The notes below the pieces were generated by a model. That model was not told the DNA's origin and ran no database searches. It saw only the letters and a list, made by a program, of their open reading frames with translations. From contig NC_091474.1 in NCBI RefSeq assembly GCF_036971445.1, positions 208,382,001 to 208,446,000 of the forward strand: a DNA stretch of 64,000 nucleotides. The letters run 5' to 3'. Each line of letters begins with the position of its first letter. Position 1 is the stretch's first letter. The stretch comes from Narcine bancroftii (lineage: Eukaryota). The position numbers and the translations under genes are program-made. Of the stretch, positions 11,261 to 24,270 are shown in pieces.

Positions 11261-11699
11261 CTTTTGTTTCCTATGAATGCTTCATGACCAGTCTAGTATT
11301 CTTCATCTGCAGATTTTTTGTTCACCTCAAGCTCAACGTGAGCTTTTTTTTGACCCTTTCCCCATTATTTTTAATGTTTGTTTGCCAATAAAACCATTTC
11401 ATTTGTCAAATCAATATTATGTGACCACATGCTCAGCCAGAACAAAATGGGTTTGCATGTCACTAGTTCATTTTTATTGTACATGAAGGGGGTTACAGTT
11501 TTATTTGGGGATGTATGAATGCATTCTTTGCCATACCTTGCTTACTAGTGTCTGATCTATCAAAATGGACACTCTCAAATAAATGACCTCCATTTTTTCC
11601 CAAATTAATTCTCTCACTGACTCCAGGCTGTGGAAACCTTTCCCTTGGTTCCAATCCCCCATTTGTTTTGCAGTAATCTATGGTGCCTTGCATGTCTAT

Positions 11700-11900
11700 C
11701 TTGCTGCTTCCTCAATTCTCCTGTCATGTACATTTGTGATTTTGCAGGAGCCATTTAACATAACACCCCTTCTTTGGGATGTGGGTGGAAACTAGAGCAC
11801 CAAGGAAACCCATGTAAAGGAGAACATGCAAACTCCACACTGCACAAGCAGCCAAGATTGAACCCAGGTCACTGAAGCAATGCTGCAGCAGATCTAACCA
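11700..11900 (-). mobile_element. tRNA-derived SINE, decayed
   Basis: Reverse complement has a B-box-like gggttcaatc followed by ggagtttgcatgttctcc, as in the copy at 60931-61177. Confidence 0.65.
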
Positions 11901-12036
11901 TTTGGTGACTTGTCTTTTGAAGGGTAACCAATCTCTTTGCAGAGAAAAGGGCTGGCTGCCTTTTTTTAACAGTAAAACAAATTTGAAACAATCTTGCTCT
12001 AACTTGAAGCTGACACTTTTTTCTTTTCATTTCCAG

Positions 12037-12047
12037 ATGTATCCTGA
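12037..12047 (+). CDS. AKIRIN2: Akirin-2 terminal coding exon (YVS-stop)
   Basis: Pyrimidine tract and ttccag acceptor, then AT GTA TCC TGA; completes the conserved akirin SYVS C-terminus in phase with the previous exon. Confidence 0.95.
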
Positions 12048-14320
12048 ATTTTCATGTTTCTGTGGAGTGCCCTTTTCCTTTTGAACACTGCCAATTGGCT
12101 GTTTCTCTGAGACTTGTAGCAGTGCCATATTAACCACCTATGAGCACGGGGTGTCTTCAGCTTGTGTCAGTGGCAACCACTTTTCTGCAGCATGTGTTTA
12201 TTGGAGTGCTCCCTGATGTGTCATCTTTTATTGGACCTTTGCTAACTTGTATTTATAATTACCAGTGGCTCCCTCTGTTAAAAATTTTGCTGTATGTTAA
12301 AATCTGAAAAGCTTTTTTTCTTTAATTTTTAATGACATTAAAGGAGCAATGCTGGTGTTCCAGACAGAAGAGTCATGTATTTTAAATGCCAGATTTTGGG
12401 GAAAAATCAGTCTTGTACAATTTTAGTAATGAGCCTTGATTTGTAAAATTTGGCTTCTAGCTACCAAAATATGAGGGCAACCATCAGTTTTAAAAATTCC
12501 TATTCCTTGTTCAAGTGTTATTTTCTTAAGATGGTTTAATGGAGGTTTTACTTATTGGTAAACCAGTTCCTACTGACCCAATACAAAGTTCATTATCAGA
12601 TTTGCAACTGAACAAGCTGATAATGGGTATTGTTCTTTTTGTTGAGCATTTCTAGTTCAACAAATTAGTGAAGCATGATTTGATCCAAACAAACTGAACA
12701 AATCCAAACTGAATTAGACTTGCAACAACATGTTTGTCATCCAGCAGACAACTCCCTGCAGCTTGACGTTGTTTCTACTTTGGATATTTACCTCCTAATA
12801 TTAGACGCGTTAAGTCAGGATGTGGTTTTGCAAAATCTAAGTTTTTTAATTGATAAATATTTTGACTTAATGCAAGATTCTTGATTTCTAATATACTGTG
12901 GGAATGTCAGTTTTTTCTTATGTGCAAGAAACTCGGTCCAATTAACCATTAAACTACAAAGGTCCAAGAATACTGAGAGCAGCTGTGAAGATGCAATACC
13001 TGATAGCAATGTCTTTTGTTACTGCATGGCTGAGATTAAGATGACTGGAGGATTGATATTTGTAAAGGCTCATTGTGCACAACATTTCTGCAGGCAAAAC
13101 CTGATTTGAAATTTGGATAATGTGGTTAATGATCTCCCTGTTGGAATTGCCTGCATGTAGCTGTGGTCACCTATCAAATGAAGGGTTCAGAAGGGAGTTT
13201 GTTCTGAGGAAGAGGATAGGAAGAGGTAACTGAAGCTTCATAGTAAATGATTAAAATAGTAAATTTTATTTATTCTAGCTGTCTTTCAAAGTTTATTTCT
13301 GCATTTTGATGTACCATTATTTTACTGTTCTTTGTAGTGTAATGAAATTTAGTTGAGAATAAAAGTTTACATCCAGATTTTAAGGGAGTACTGTTTTGAA
13401 TTATTTGAAGAACATAAATGACTGGAATATAGTTTAAAATATTACCTCTGATTGATTTAAATGTACATTTTCAATACCTAGAAGCATTTGACTTGTGCCA
13501 AATGTTCAAGATTAATAGTTTGTACAGTACTAATCCATTGGGGTAAATATTTGCAATATTAACTGGTGAAGTTATTAATAAATTTATTTCAGTTAATTCT
13601 ACTTTGGCGATTTAACTTGGCTAATATTAGATGTCAAATAAAGGGAGGGGGTGTTCATTCCTTGCCTAATGGTTGCATGTTGCAAACTTGCAAAAATACC
13701 CAAAATCCAGCTTCCTTGTTTGAGATTAGAGAATGTGCTTTGTTCAGTCCAATACTTGGGAGACTAGAACAGAAAAAATGCTACCTATTAGTCAAATGGC
13801 TGAAGCGATTTTTAAAAAAAATCTCACTGGTGCACTGCTTTTGACGAACAAAGTGCTGCTGAATAGATTTGTGACACAATACGTATACACATAACGAACC
13901 TGTACATTAACTGTCAAAATCTTTAACCATTCCTCCTGAGCAGATGAGGCCAGATTTATTTTCTTTACTGAAATTTAATGGACCATGGTCATGTAGTTGC
14001 AGCAAAGCAAGAGACCAGGTCTGCTCCAGTTCCTATTAAAGCAAAGTCAAGCACCTCTGGAATTTATTATTTTACACTCCATAATTTTCAAATTTCCATC
14101 AGAATGTGCTGAAAATATTTTGCTTGGTATAATTAATTTAAATTTGTGCTTTGATTTGGCAAACGTGCTGCAAAAATGGTGACAAGCCACTTGCATTTCA
14201 ATTGTCTGACTTGGTTGAAGCTGCCTTTAATCTGATCAAAACTTGTTTGTGAAGACTTGTGCAGAAAGTGTTTGAAGTTTTTTTGCATGGGGGAAATAAA
14301 GCCGTCTTCTAGTTCATTTG
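12048..14320 (+). promoter_or_regulatory. AKIRIN2: Probable AKIRIN2 3' UTR with candidate poly(A) signals
   Basis: AU-rich, no recognisable TE; AATAAA at 13358-13363 and 14295-14300 among others. The real end is unknown. Confidence 0.55.
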
Positions 14321-15615
14321 TTATTTAGCAGTGCATGTTGCGTTTCCTTTGTTTGAAAGGGTTTCCTGTTGATTTGCCCAATTTACCTTCTCTAACCATA
14401 ATTTGTGCTTTAACATTTTTGGGAAATGTAGAATCTTCCCAATTCCTGCTCTTCACTGCAATAGAATGGAAATACATCCTTATTTTCTCATTAGTGTTTG
14501 AAATGATACTTACTTTAAATTCTTGATATAGAACTGTATCAAGGTGTTGACTGAGTTGTATTAATGCAGATGATACCAAATTATGACTGCATTATTTTGA
14601 AACTTGTACTGAATCTCAATATTATCTGGAAGAAGTTATCTGCAATGAAGGCCAAATGTGTTGATCCAATGAGGAATAGTTTAAGTGGCATTGGCAGATT
14701 TTTTAAAGTTGCAGTCAGGATTTTGATTTCTCCCAGCTTGGGTCCTTCAATTCACTGTTTAGAATATAAACAAAAGGTGGCAGTATAAAATGAGTAATGA
14801 GAAAATTAAAATTTGACCTTTTCATCAGTACTAGTTTGCTCTTTATTTCAACTCCCCTAAATAAATATTTTAATACAACAATGCAGTTTTAATGTTTTTT
14901 AAAACTATAAGACTTTATTTGCCATTTCAAAAACTTGTATTTGTACATCTTGCTAAAGATTTTAGTTTTGGTTATAAAAAGATACAAATTTGCATCCATT
15001 CTAGTTATTTCAGCTTACTCGAAGCAAGGTTCCTTTTTTTAGGCCGTTCCCTTGGGGAGAACTCCGATGGAAGCCAATGACTCTCAGAGATGGTCAGGAT
15101 AACACTGGATCAGGTAGATCAGATGGTTTGTTGCTTTTGTCTTTCACACAGGGTTGCTGTGGGTTTTCAAAGCATTCTAAACATCTTTCTGGCAAGATCA
15201 TGAAAATGTAGCTAACTTTCCATATCTGGAGAATCAATTTAGATAGATGTCAAATATGAGCATAGATAAAAGCCTGTTGAATTGCCACAAAAATAGTGGC
15301 AGTAACATCAAGGTTTTTGTATTTTGACTAGTACTTTTGACCCTACTGAATACAAACTATGAATGGTTAAGGATTGATGCCTAAAATACCCTAGCTGTCT
15401 GACACCATTATTTGAGATGGGATGTAGATAGATTTTGTAGCAAGTCAACCACTGCCTGCCAAACGGTTGTGACAAAGCGCAAAGTGGGGCTGTATAAAGA
15501 TCAAACTGTTTCTGAAGCATCTTTTATAATCTTGTAGCATGTATACTAGTGCAGAATTTCACTATTATTACACAGTTCCAGCATCATAGGCCTAATTTGA
15601 ATGGAGAAAATAGCA

Positions 15616-15780
<165 letters not shown>

Positions 15781-16627
15781 CTACTTTGCCCTGTATGTCT
15801 TTGGAATATGGGAGGAGTCCCACAGGAGAACAGTTCTTTCAGGTAATGGCAGATTTGAACCCATGTCACTGGGACTGTAATGGTGGTGTGCCAACTGCTA
15901 CGTTAACCATATGGTTCAGTAGTACTCAAGTGATATGCATTAAATTCTAGGTCATCAAATTATCTTTGCCGGGGTTCTTCTAACAATACTTTCCATACCT
16001 ACTTTGTATTAATTAAATCTAGAGGACTTGATTTTTCTGCACCAGCTTCTTTGAATTGAACAACTGTTCCCATATACCTGCTCTTTCCCTGTGGCCTTGC
16101 AAAATTTTGAACTGAATTCCACTAACATTTAAATCCATACATATTTGATACTTTAAAGGAAGAACAAATCAAATCAGATGTTTTTGGAGGAATGAGGCAG
16201 GAATGGTGGAGGATCTGGTGAAATGTATGTCCAGTAATGGGCAGCTGGGATCAAGTGAATCCCTTGCAATGTAAGAGTATGCTTGGAACCAAGTGGACTT
16301 GAGATGGCTCTGGCAAACAAGGTTAAGAATCTTAAGACATACAATATATTAAGGGGTCTAGTGCATATAGCCAGAGCAGATGGGTGATGTCTTAAATATT
16401 TCTCATCTGTATTTGCAAAGGAAAAGCTCATGGGAGTGAAGGCTAATGAGTAGTGATGTGATATCTCTGAACAGATCCACATTAGAGATGTTAGTTATCT
16501 GATGTATAAGGTGGGTAAATTTTTGGGGCCTGGCCAAGTGTATCCTAGGTCATTAGGAAAAGCTGGGGAAGAAAATGTCTTTGACAGATGTCAGCACTGT
16601 CTGTAGTTGCTGGTGAGGAACAAGACT

Positions 16628-16866
16628 CTTCTCTTTGGCTTGGCTTCGCGGACGAAGATTTATGGAGGGGGTAAAAAGTCCACGTCAGCTGCAGGCTCGT
16701 TTGTGGCTGACCAGTCCGATGCGGGACAGGCAGACACGATTGCAGCGGTTGCAAGGGAAAATTGGTTGGTTGGGGTTGGGTGTTGGGTTTTTCCTCCTTT
16801 GCCTTTTGTCAGTGAGGTGGGTTCTGCGGTCTTCTTCAAAGGAGGCTGCTGCCAGCAGCCTCCTTT
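16628..16866 (-). mobile_element. Young 5'-truncated RTE-clade LINE
   Basis: Near-identical to 26041-26261; aagccaagccaa tail; 11-bp TSD ggaacaagact (16617-16627, 16867-16877). Confidence 0.9.
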
Positions 16867-17039
16867 GGAACAAGACTAAAGAGTGACTAATTGAGTTTAT
16901 CATTTACACAGTGAATTTCATACTGAAATTCTTGCAGCAAAGCAGGTACATAAGATGCACCAATTATAATGGATAATTTTCTGTAAAGGAGTAATTGATG
17001 TAAAGCATTGTGTGGGGAATTTTTCAAAAAAATACATGC

Positions 17040-17945
17040 AAAATGAGAGGATTGACCTGGGCAATGGACTTTGTCCAGAACAATTGAGGAAACATGCAAG
17101 GAATGGCAAATGGAATTTAACTCCAATGCATTTTTCCCCAAGTAAACCAAGGCAGGAGTTGCACAGTAAATGATAGCCCTGGAGACCGACCAAGAGGTAA
17201 AGGGGTGCAATTCCCTCAAAACAATGACGTGGGTAGACAGGGTGGTGAAGGCAACATTTGGCATGCTTGCCTGCATCAGTTGAGACACTAGAGAAACGTT
17301 GTCATTAAGCAGCAAAGAATGAGGGGATCTAGAAACAAAATTATGAAAGGGATAGATAAGAGGCAGGAAAATGGTTTCCATTGGAAGATGAAACTAGAAC
17401 TAAGGGACAGCTGAGGAGAAACTGCTTTTCCCAGAGACTACTGAATCTGGAATTCTCTGCCCAAGGAAATGGCTGAAGCTGCCTCATTTAAATACATTTT
17501 GGAAAGAATTTTGCATCTAAGGGAAGAGTTGAGGAGAAAAGCCAGGTTGAGTCCACAGCCAGATCAGCTGTGACCTTACTGATGGGCCAGATGGCTGATC
17601 CTGCTGCTATTTCTTTCTTGGAAAGATTCATGAGAATGTTATTGCAACTGGATAGCTCCTGTTTTTCGATAGGCTAGCTTTTTTGTTATTTTGGAGGCTG
17701 AGGGGTGGCCTTGATGTATAAAATCATGAGGTGCAGGGAGAAGGTGAATGGGTTTAAAGTGAGAGATTTAAAAAGGGCCTTGAGGGACAACCTTACCTGC
17801 ACAGGGTAGTGGATAACTGGCAGAGAAAAACTAGAAGGGTACTTGAATAGGAAAAGTATGAGATCTGCCAAATGTGACTTCAGATTGAAAACTTCTTTGG
17901 CACATGCAAGTTGGGCTAAAGGGCTTGTTTCCATCTTAATAGCCC
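17040..17945 (+). mobile_element. Decayed CR1 LINE fragments
   Basis: Motifs shared with the intact CR1 at 57979-59135 (aaatggaatttaa, gggtggtgaaggcaacatttggcatgcttgcc). Confidence 0.65.
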
Positions 17946-17949
17946 TGCT

Positions 17950-18500
17950 GTGATTGTCGGGGGTAAGGTCTGACAGCAAGTCTTGGTTCTTGTCTTTCTC
18001 CTTCCGATCCACTGATGGCAGGAATCAATGGTAGAAGTTAACCATCCCAACAAACTCCTGCAAATCTTTGACTGTAATTGGCTTGGCGAACTTGAGAATG
18101 GCCTCAACCTTTGGAAGAGGGACCACCCCACATCCATCGATGTGGTGCCCAAGGAAATCGATGGCTGTCAGGCTGAACTGACATTTTGCTCGGTTGGAGG
18201 AGGCTAGGCCGTAGTCCTTCAGAAGCTGGCAGAGCAGATGCAGGTGTGTTAGCAAACTACTGTGATGAGGATGTCATTAGGTTAAAAAAAACAAAATCCA
18301 GGCCGCACCCCTCTGAGTCTCTGGAAAGTCTGCGCTGTTTTTGAGGCTCAATGGCATGAAGAGGAACTCAAAAGCTGAACAGAGTGATGAGGGCTGTCTT
18401 GGGGTGCACGGGGTACTCCTGGACCAGGTCAATTTTTGAGAAGATCTGCCCTCCATGTAGATTGCCCTCCCAGAATTCCATATGGCAGAGAAACCCCTCG
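17950..18500 (-). mobile_element. Gypsy/Ty3 pol (RT) fragment
   Basis: IFSKIDLV near 18440, then KCQFSLTAIDFLGHHI and DLQEFVGMVNFYH. Confidence 0.85.
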
Positions 18501-19615
18501 AGTACTCCGTGCATGCAGCCCTTTACCTACCGCACGGAATTCTGGGATAGCAGGTTTACCATCGCTTTTGCCCCCAAGGCCTTTTCAAATTGTATGCGTT
18601 AGCACTACCAACTTTCCCATGCTGTTTAGAGATTGCTATTTATTGTTAGCACTTGTGTAGGTTTATGAAGGTCAGCACAATAAGGGCTGATACTGCTGTA
18701 CATAAAGCTTAATTATATATTTAGGCATGATTAATCTTGTTTTAAATAAGATCATAATACATTGATCAGGATTTAGGGCAGGTCCATCATCACTTACTGT
18801 GTCATGAGGTGACTGATAGAATGTAGAACATTCCTGTCCCCGGGGATGACTTGTAGTGAGTATGAAAGTTTGCAGTGTCCCAGTTAAGAGTGACCAAGTA
18901 TGAACAAAAAAATGCCATTCCTAATGGGACACTGAACAACTGATTTACTGGGTTGCAAGTGTAAAAAGGACTTGGGTTGTGATTTGATGCCTGTGTGCTG
19001 ATTTAAGGAACTTTCACAATGGACTTTTAACTGATAGATTGGCTGTCAATTACTGGGACAAGGTGCCAGTGTGAAAGGGGCTTTTGTCTGCTTTCATCTA
19101 TCACCCTCCTGGCTGTGACCCCCAACTCTACTCATTGCTCCATTTGACACCTCCTTAGACCACCTATCACCCACGGGTCCATGCCTCTTATGTGTCCAGC
19201 TAAATACAACAAAATAAATAGGTTCAACTGACACCTGGTTTATTTGTTCAGGAAGCTATGAAGATGGAATGTTTTTTGATAACATTTTGTATCCAACACC
19301 CAAATTTGGTAAACATGCCTAATGAGTTTGGAGATAGATGGACTGTATACCATTTTAAAATAGCATTTTACATTTCAGACACCACAATGAACCTGTGCAC
19401 ATATGCAGGTAGTCTATCTGGTAAATACCAAACAACCTAAATGATTTTGTACTAAATTTATTAGAATATTTAAAAGATTGTGATCTTGCATTGAGACCAC
19501 CTTCAGGACTATTCCAATGCCAGCTAAAGCTTAATAATATACAAGAAATTGAGGATTTGCAAATAAACTACACCTGCTGCTGTACTTACTGCCAGGAAAA
19601 TGCACAAAAGGATAC

Positions 19616-19692
19616 TATAGGACTCCATCCACTTGTCCATTATCTTTGTCCGGATCCTTCCCTTCTGCAGCACAAACCACTGTAGCAAATGC
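19616..19692 (-). CDS. ORC3: ORC3 exon (77 nt)
   Basis: tttgccag acceptor; AFATVVCAAEGKDPDKDNGQVDGVL; phase 2 matches the terminal exon. Confidence 0.92.
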
Positions 19693-21210
19693 CTGGCAAA
19701 TATGCAAATTGGTTCAAATCCAAGTTTAAACAGTAGCACCAAATATTACAAGTGTGAAATGAGATCCATACAAGTATAACCATAGTTACATGCTATCCAA
19801 AGACCAACTTTTAATGAAAGCTTTAACATGAACATTTCCTTCAGAAGTGTACTATAATTAAGAATAGGCACAACATTTGTGAAATTCTAAAATGGAAAGC
19901 TTACCTGCTTAGCTTGTCACTTGTACTGAACTAGATTTTGCCTGGCTTTTATTCGTAATGCCACAGGAAAATGCATGTTCAGCATTTTTACCCCTGCACT
20001 TTGAAGTGGATTTGGAAATAGATGAGAGGTCAAGAGCCAGAAAGTGTAAAAACCAGTGACAGAGCAAAGATGTGTAGAGGTGAGGGGCTGGATACTGTCC
20101 CTCAGCTTTACTTCAGTGAAGGTTGGCATAAGAATAAAAAGAAAACCTGAATTAAAAAGAACAAGCTGGACGGCCCCTTAGTCAAGTTAAGGAAAATTGT
20201 GGTGCAACTGTCACTACAGTAGTTAAGACATTAGGAAGTGCAGTTCAAAAACAAGTAAAACAGAATTCTGTGGACACCATGGTTCAAAAATAGAGTATTA
20301 TTCTAATAGAACAGGGTGTGTGGAGGCTGTACAGTTTTGATCCCTATACAGATAAAACCCTGGAAGCTGGAATTAAAGCAATCGGCAATAAATAATAGGT
20401 TAAGAAAATTACATAAATTTAAAACTCTAAAAGTAAATGTTCTCTGAAGTAAATGGCCTAAACCTTTGAAGGTGGGAGCACATATTCATCTAGTGGAGTG
20501 CCTTGATCAGCTGCTTGAATAAAGTTGTGTGAAACAGCAATGGTATTACCCAGAATGAAGAGCTGTTGGGATGACTCCTTATCCCTACTTTGTAAATGTT
20601 GCACCAGTCAGATACTTTATCTGTAAACTTGGAAGAGGGAGGGTTAATTATCTATAATGAGATGGTTTGTCTTTTGGGTGGCTCCGTGGAGGGGAGGAAT
20701 CTGTGGTGCAGCAACCGTTAAATGTTTTCAAAGAATGTGACTGAAAATAAAAGATTTATTCATGCAAGCAAAGTTTGTTCAGTGTCAGTACAGTGCAGTA
20801 TATTTGTCTTTTAAACAGTTTATTCTTAATGCAGATGTATTAGATGGGCATTGGAAGAGTCACAAGGAACTGGAAAATAGACTTATCCAAGATCTACCAA
20901 TTCCTGTAGGTGGCTGGGATTCCAGGGGTTTTGCTGTATTTAATGAAAGGCCAGAAGAGATTTAGCAGGCCATTTCTGGGGGAGAAAAAAAAAACTGTCC
21001 AACTACAAATGTTTTTAAAAAGTCAGATCCATATTCAATGTAGCTTAGAAGAATGAAGGTTAACATTATGGTGGTCGTGACAGGTTAAAAGTTGAGTTGT
21101 TCCCATTAGCAGGAGAGTCTCAAAACAAGGACATAATTACAAGTTTAGAAAACAGTAATTTGAACAGCAGTGCAGTGTGGTGAATGTCAGGAATACTTTA
21201 TCACTTAAGT

Positions 21211-21580
21211 CAGTGGTCTAACCCTTTTTCCTTCTACTCACATACCATCATAAAGTAATCCCTATGCCATAGGTACTCTGTGATTAGTAAGGGATTGCTT
21301 AAGGTGGTATGTGAGTGGGAAAAGGTTGATAATCACTGCTCTAGAACCAATTGTTACTGAATTATTTTGCTTGAGAAAAATTGTCATTGGCCCATTTCCT
21401 TTGGAGTTATGAAACCGTGCACATAACGAGTCAATTAGGTACGATTAAAACAGTGGTTTTCAAACTTTTTATTCCCACTCTCACCACTTTAAGTAATCTC
21501 TTACTAATCACAGAGCACCTATGACATAGGGAATACTTTAAGCTGTAAGTGAGTGGAAAGAAAAAGGTTGAAAACCACTG
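21211..21580. mobile_element. hAT-type composite MITE, copy 1
   Basis: cagtggt...accactg termini; two fold-back modules plus a spacer, same as 22319-23121 and 56976-57345. Confidence 0.85.
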
Positions 21581-22318
21581 CCTTACGAATTGTGGAGGCA
21601 CATTTTTGAAAGATCATGCAATTGAGGTGTATGCAGAATAAACACAGAAGAAAAGCTGGAGCCAGGAGTAGATCAGGCACAAAAGTCCTAAATAGTACAA
21701 TAAGTTAGAGGGCCACTGCTCCAGTTTTTATTTGAGAACAGGATTTCACATCATCTGATAAAAAAGGGGGCATGAAGGTGAGTGGCAATGCTCATCAGCT
21801 GCAAAAAAAAAAAAGACATTGTGGAGGAATCATCTACTGGGTCTATGTGGGTCCAAGTCAGAAACAGGAAGGGAGTATTCTATAGGCTGCTTAAGTAGGC
21901 AGATTTTGAAAAAGTTATGCTTGGGCAGCTTTGTGAGGTGTGTCCAAGGAGGAATTCTGGCACAGTATGCAGACAAGCGAGAAGAGAAACCATACTGGGT
22001 AGTGAACCTAGTCAGGTGACAGATCTCTCAGTGGGGGAAGCATTTTGGAGACAGTGACCACAACCATAGCGAGTACAGTCCAAGAGCCAACAAATGTTCC
22101 TCATATGCTAACCCTATCATTCTAGTAGATCTCTGAACCTGTTCAATGACAGTACATCCTTTCTCAAAAAAGGCACCCAAAACTGTGAGATCTCACTAAT
22201 GCCCCAAGGAGTCACAAAATTACATGCCTGCTCTTGTTTACTATTCCTCTAGAAATGAATGCCAAATTTGTAGTTGACTTCTTCACCACCGACTCAATCT
22301 GGAGGTCAACCTTTAGGG

Positions 22319-23121
22319 CAGTGGTTCTCAAAGTGGTATGCGAGTGGAAAGAAAAAGATTTAGTATTCCTTATGCCATAGGTGCTCTTGTGATTAGTAAG
22401 GGATTGCTTAAGTGGTGTGTGGGTGGAAAGAAAGAGTTTGAAAATCACTGTTTTAATCGTACCTACCGTAAATATTTGTGTATAATGCGTTTTGTGTATA
22501 ATGCGACCCACTTGTATATAACCCCACTCCCCTCGCCTGCCCGATTCACGTTGGCGTCTCTCCCCCTCGCCCGAGTCGCGCTGCCGTCTCTCCCCCCCAC
22601 CCCTTGCCCGAGTCGCGTTGCCGTCTCTCTTCCCCCTTGCCCGCCCAAGTCGTGCTGGCGTTTCTCCCCCTCTCCCGCCTGAGTCGCACCGCCGTCTCCC
22701 CCTCACCCACTAGAGTTGTACTGCCATCTCTCCACCCGCCCCGCCCAACCTAGTTGCGCTGCCGTCAATGTGGGCAGCTGCTGATAATCTTACTTACCGT
22801 TAAACCCTGGCAGAAAAAATTGTTAAAATAATAACCATGCATAATGCGACCCCCCTACTTTGAGCTCAAATTTTGGTACAAAATCTTTTGCATTATACAC
22901 GAATATTTAAGGTAATAGACTTATTATGTGCATGGCTTCATAACTCCAAAGGAAATGGGCCAATGACAATTTTTCTCAAGCAAAATATTTCAGTAGCAAT
23001 TGGGTCTAGGGCAGTGATTCTCAATCTTCCCTTCCCACTCACATCCTTTACTAATCACAGAGCACCATAGGGATTACTTAAAGTGGTATGTGAGAGGAAA
23101 GAAAAAGGTTGAGAACCACTG
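22319..23121. mobile_element. hAT-type composite MITE, copy 2 (opposite orientation) with nested insertion
   Basis: cagtggttctcaa...ttgagaaccactg; near-TSD ctttaggg / cttagggt. Confidence 0.85.
22466..22912. mobile_element. Tc1/mariner-type MITE nested in the hAT MITE
   Basis: TIRs ccgtaaatatttgtgtataatgc / gcattatacacgaatatttaagg; TA duplicated relative to the empty site in the other copies; internal GC-rich degenerate tandem repeat. Confidence 0.85.
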
Positions 23122-24270
23122 CTTAGGGTATCCTGTATGAGCACTCCCCAAGTCTCTTGCACCTTTCCACCTGTTTTCCCATTTCCAAAGAACAATGCTC
23201 TTGGACCTTGCTACATCACTCTGTTCCTCACCATTTCTTAGTGCCTTACCATTTTCTGTTTGTTCTATTCCTATTTGACTTCTCCCTTGTCATGTTTAAA
23301 TTCAGTCACACCACCCAACTTCCAAACTGCTATATATCCTGCAGCAGCTTTTTACACCTTCCTTACTAGCCACAACACAAACAACTTGTGAATAAACCTT
23401 CTACATTCATCCCCAATATATCCTACCACCAATCCCTACGGTGTACCATTAGTTAGAAACTTCCAATCAGAGAAACAACCTTCACCATCTTTATCACCAG
23501 GCAAACTTGGGATCCAAAGTAAGCTAACTAATTGGATCCAATATGCCTTATCCCTCTGCACCTTTTCAAATACCTTACAAACTTCCACATAGACAACACA
23601 TAACACCCTTTATTCAACCTCCTTGGTTGTCTTCTCAAAAAAAAAAGCAAATTAGTGACAGTACTTTCCCCCATGCTGATTAACACAATTCCTATCCATT
23701 AAAATTGAAAATGTATTTTAAATTTAAATTTTTAGATATACTGCACATTAACAGGCCCTTTCAGCCCATGAGCCTGCGCTATCCAATTGATCTACAACTC
23801 CTGGTATGTTTTGAAGGATGAGGGGGAACCGGAGCCCCGGGGGAAAATATAAAAACTCCTTGCAGACAGTGTGGCATTTGAACCCCGGTCCCAATAACCA
23901 CCTCGCTAACTGTGAACACTGGAATTATTGGGAAATTTTCTGATAATTTCCCCCATCACTGACAGAATTCCTTCTTCTGCAAACCTTAACTTGATCCATC
24001 AAAGCTCCCTTAGTCATCTGACCTTTGTTTTCTAGAATTCAGTAACTATCAGAGTTAATTTTTCCACAACAAATTTAGGGAAATAATTGTCAAAACTACA
24101 TTTGCGCACTACCAGTTAACAAGTGAATAGAGAGGTTTTGTGCTGCTAATGGCATAACCATAAACTCCTACAATGCACTATTATGGTAGATGTAAATTCT
24201 GATGCTTTGGAATCCTGCTAACTAGGTGATGATTACTATTGACTCACCAGGGCCCCAGTTCCCTTTAAAT

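Larger units (their letters stand above)
9640..11320. mobile_element. Decayed Penelope-like element fragments, inverted arrangement, interrupted by a MITE
   Basis: About 10000-10325 (+) resembles the GIY-YIG-associated C-terminal region, continuing at about 10990 into a pyrimidine-rich tract and a hammerhead-like motif; about 9640-9990 is oppositely oriented. Recognised by eye only. Confidence 0.55.

Noticed and set aside
22212-22706. Arg/Gly-rich 164-aa ORF
   Set aside because: Translation of the GC-rich repeat inside a nested MITE.
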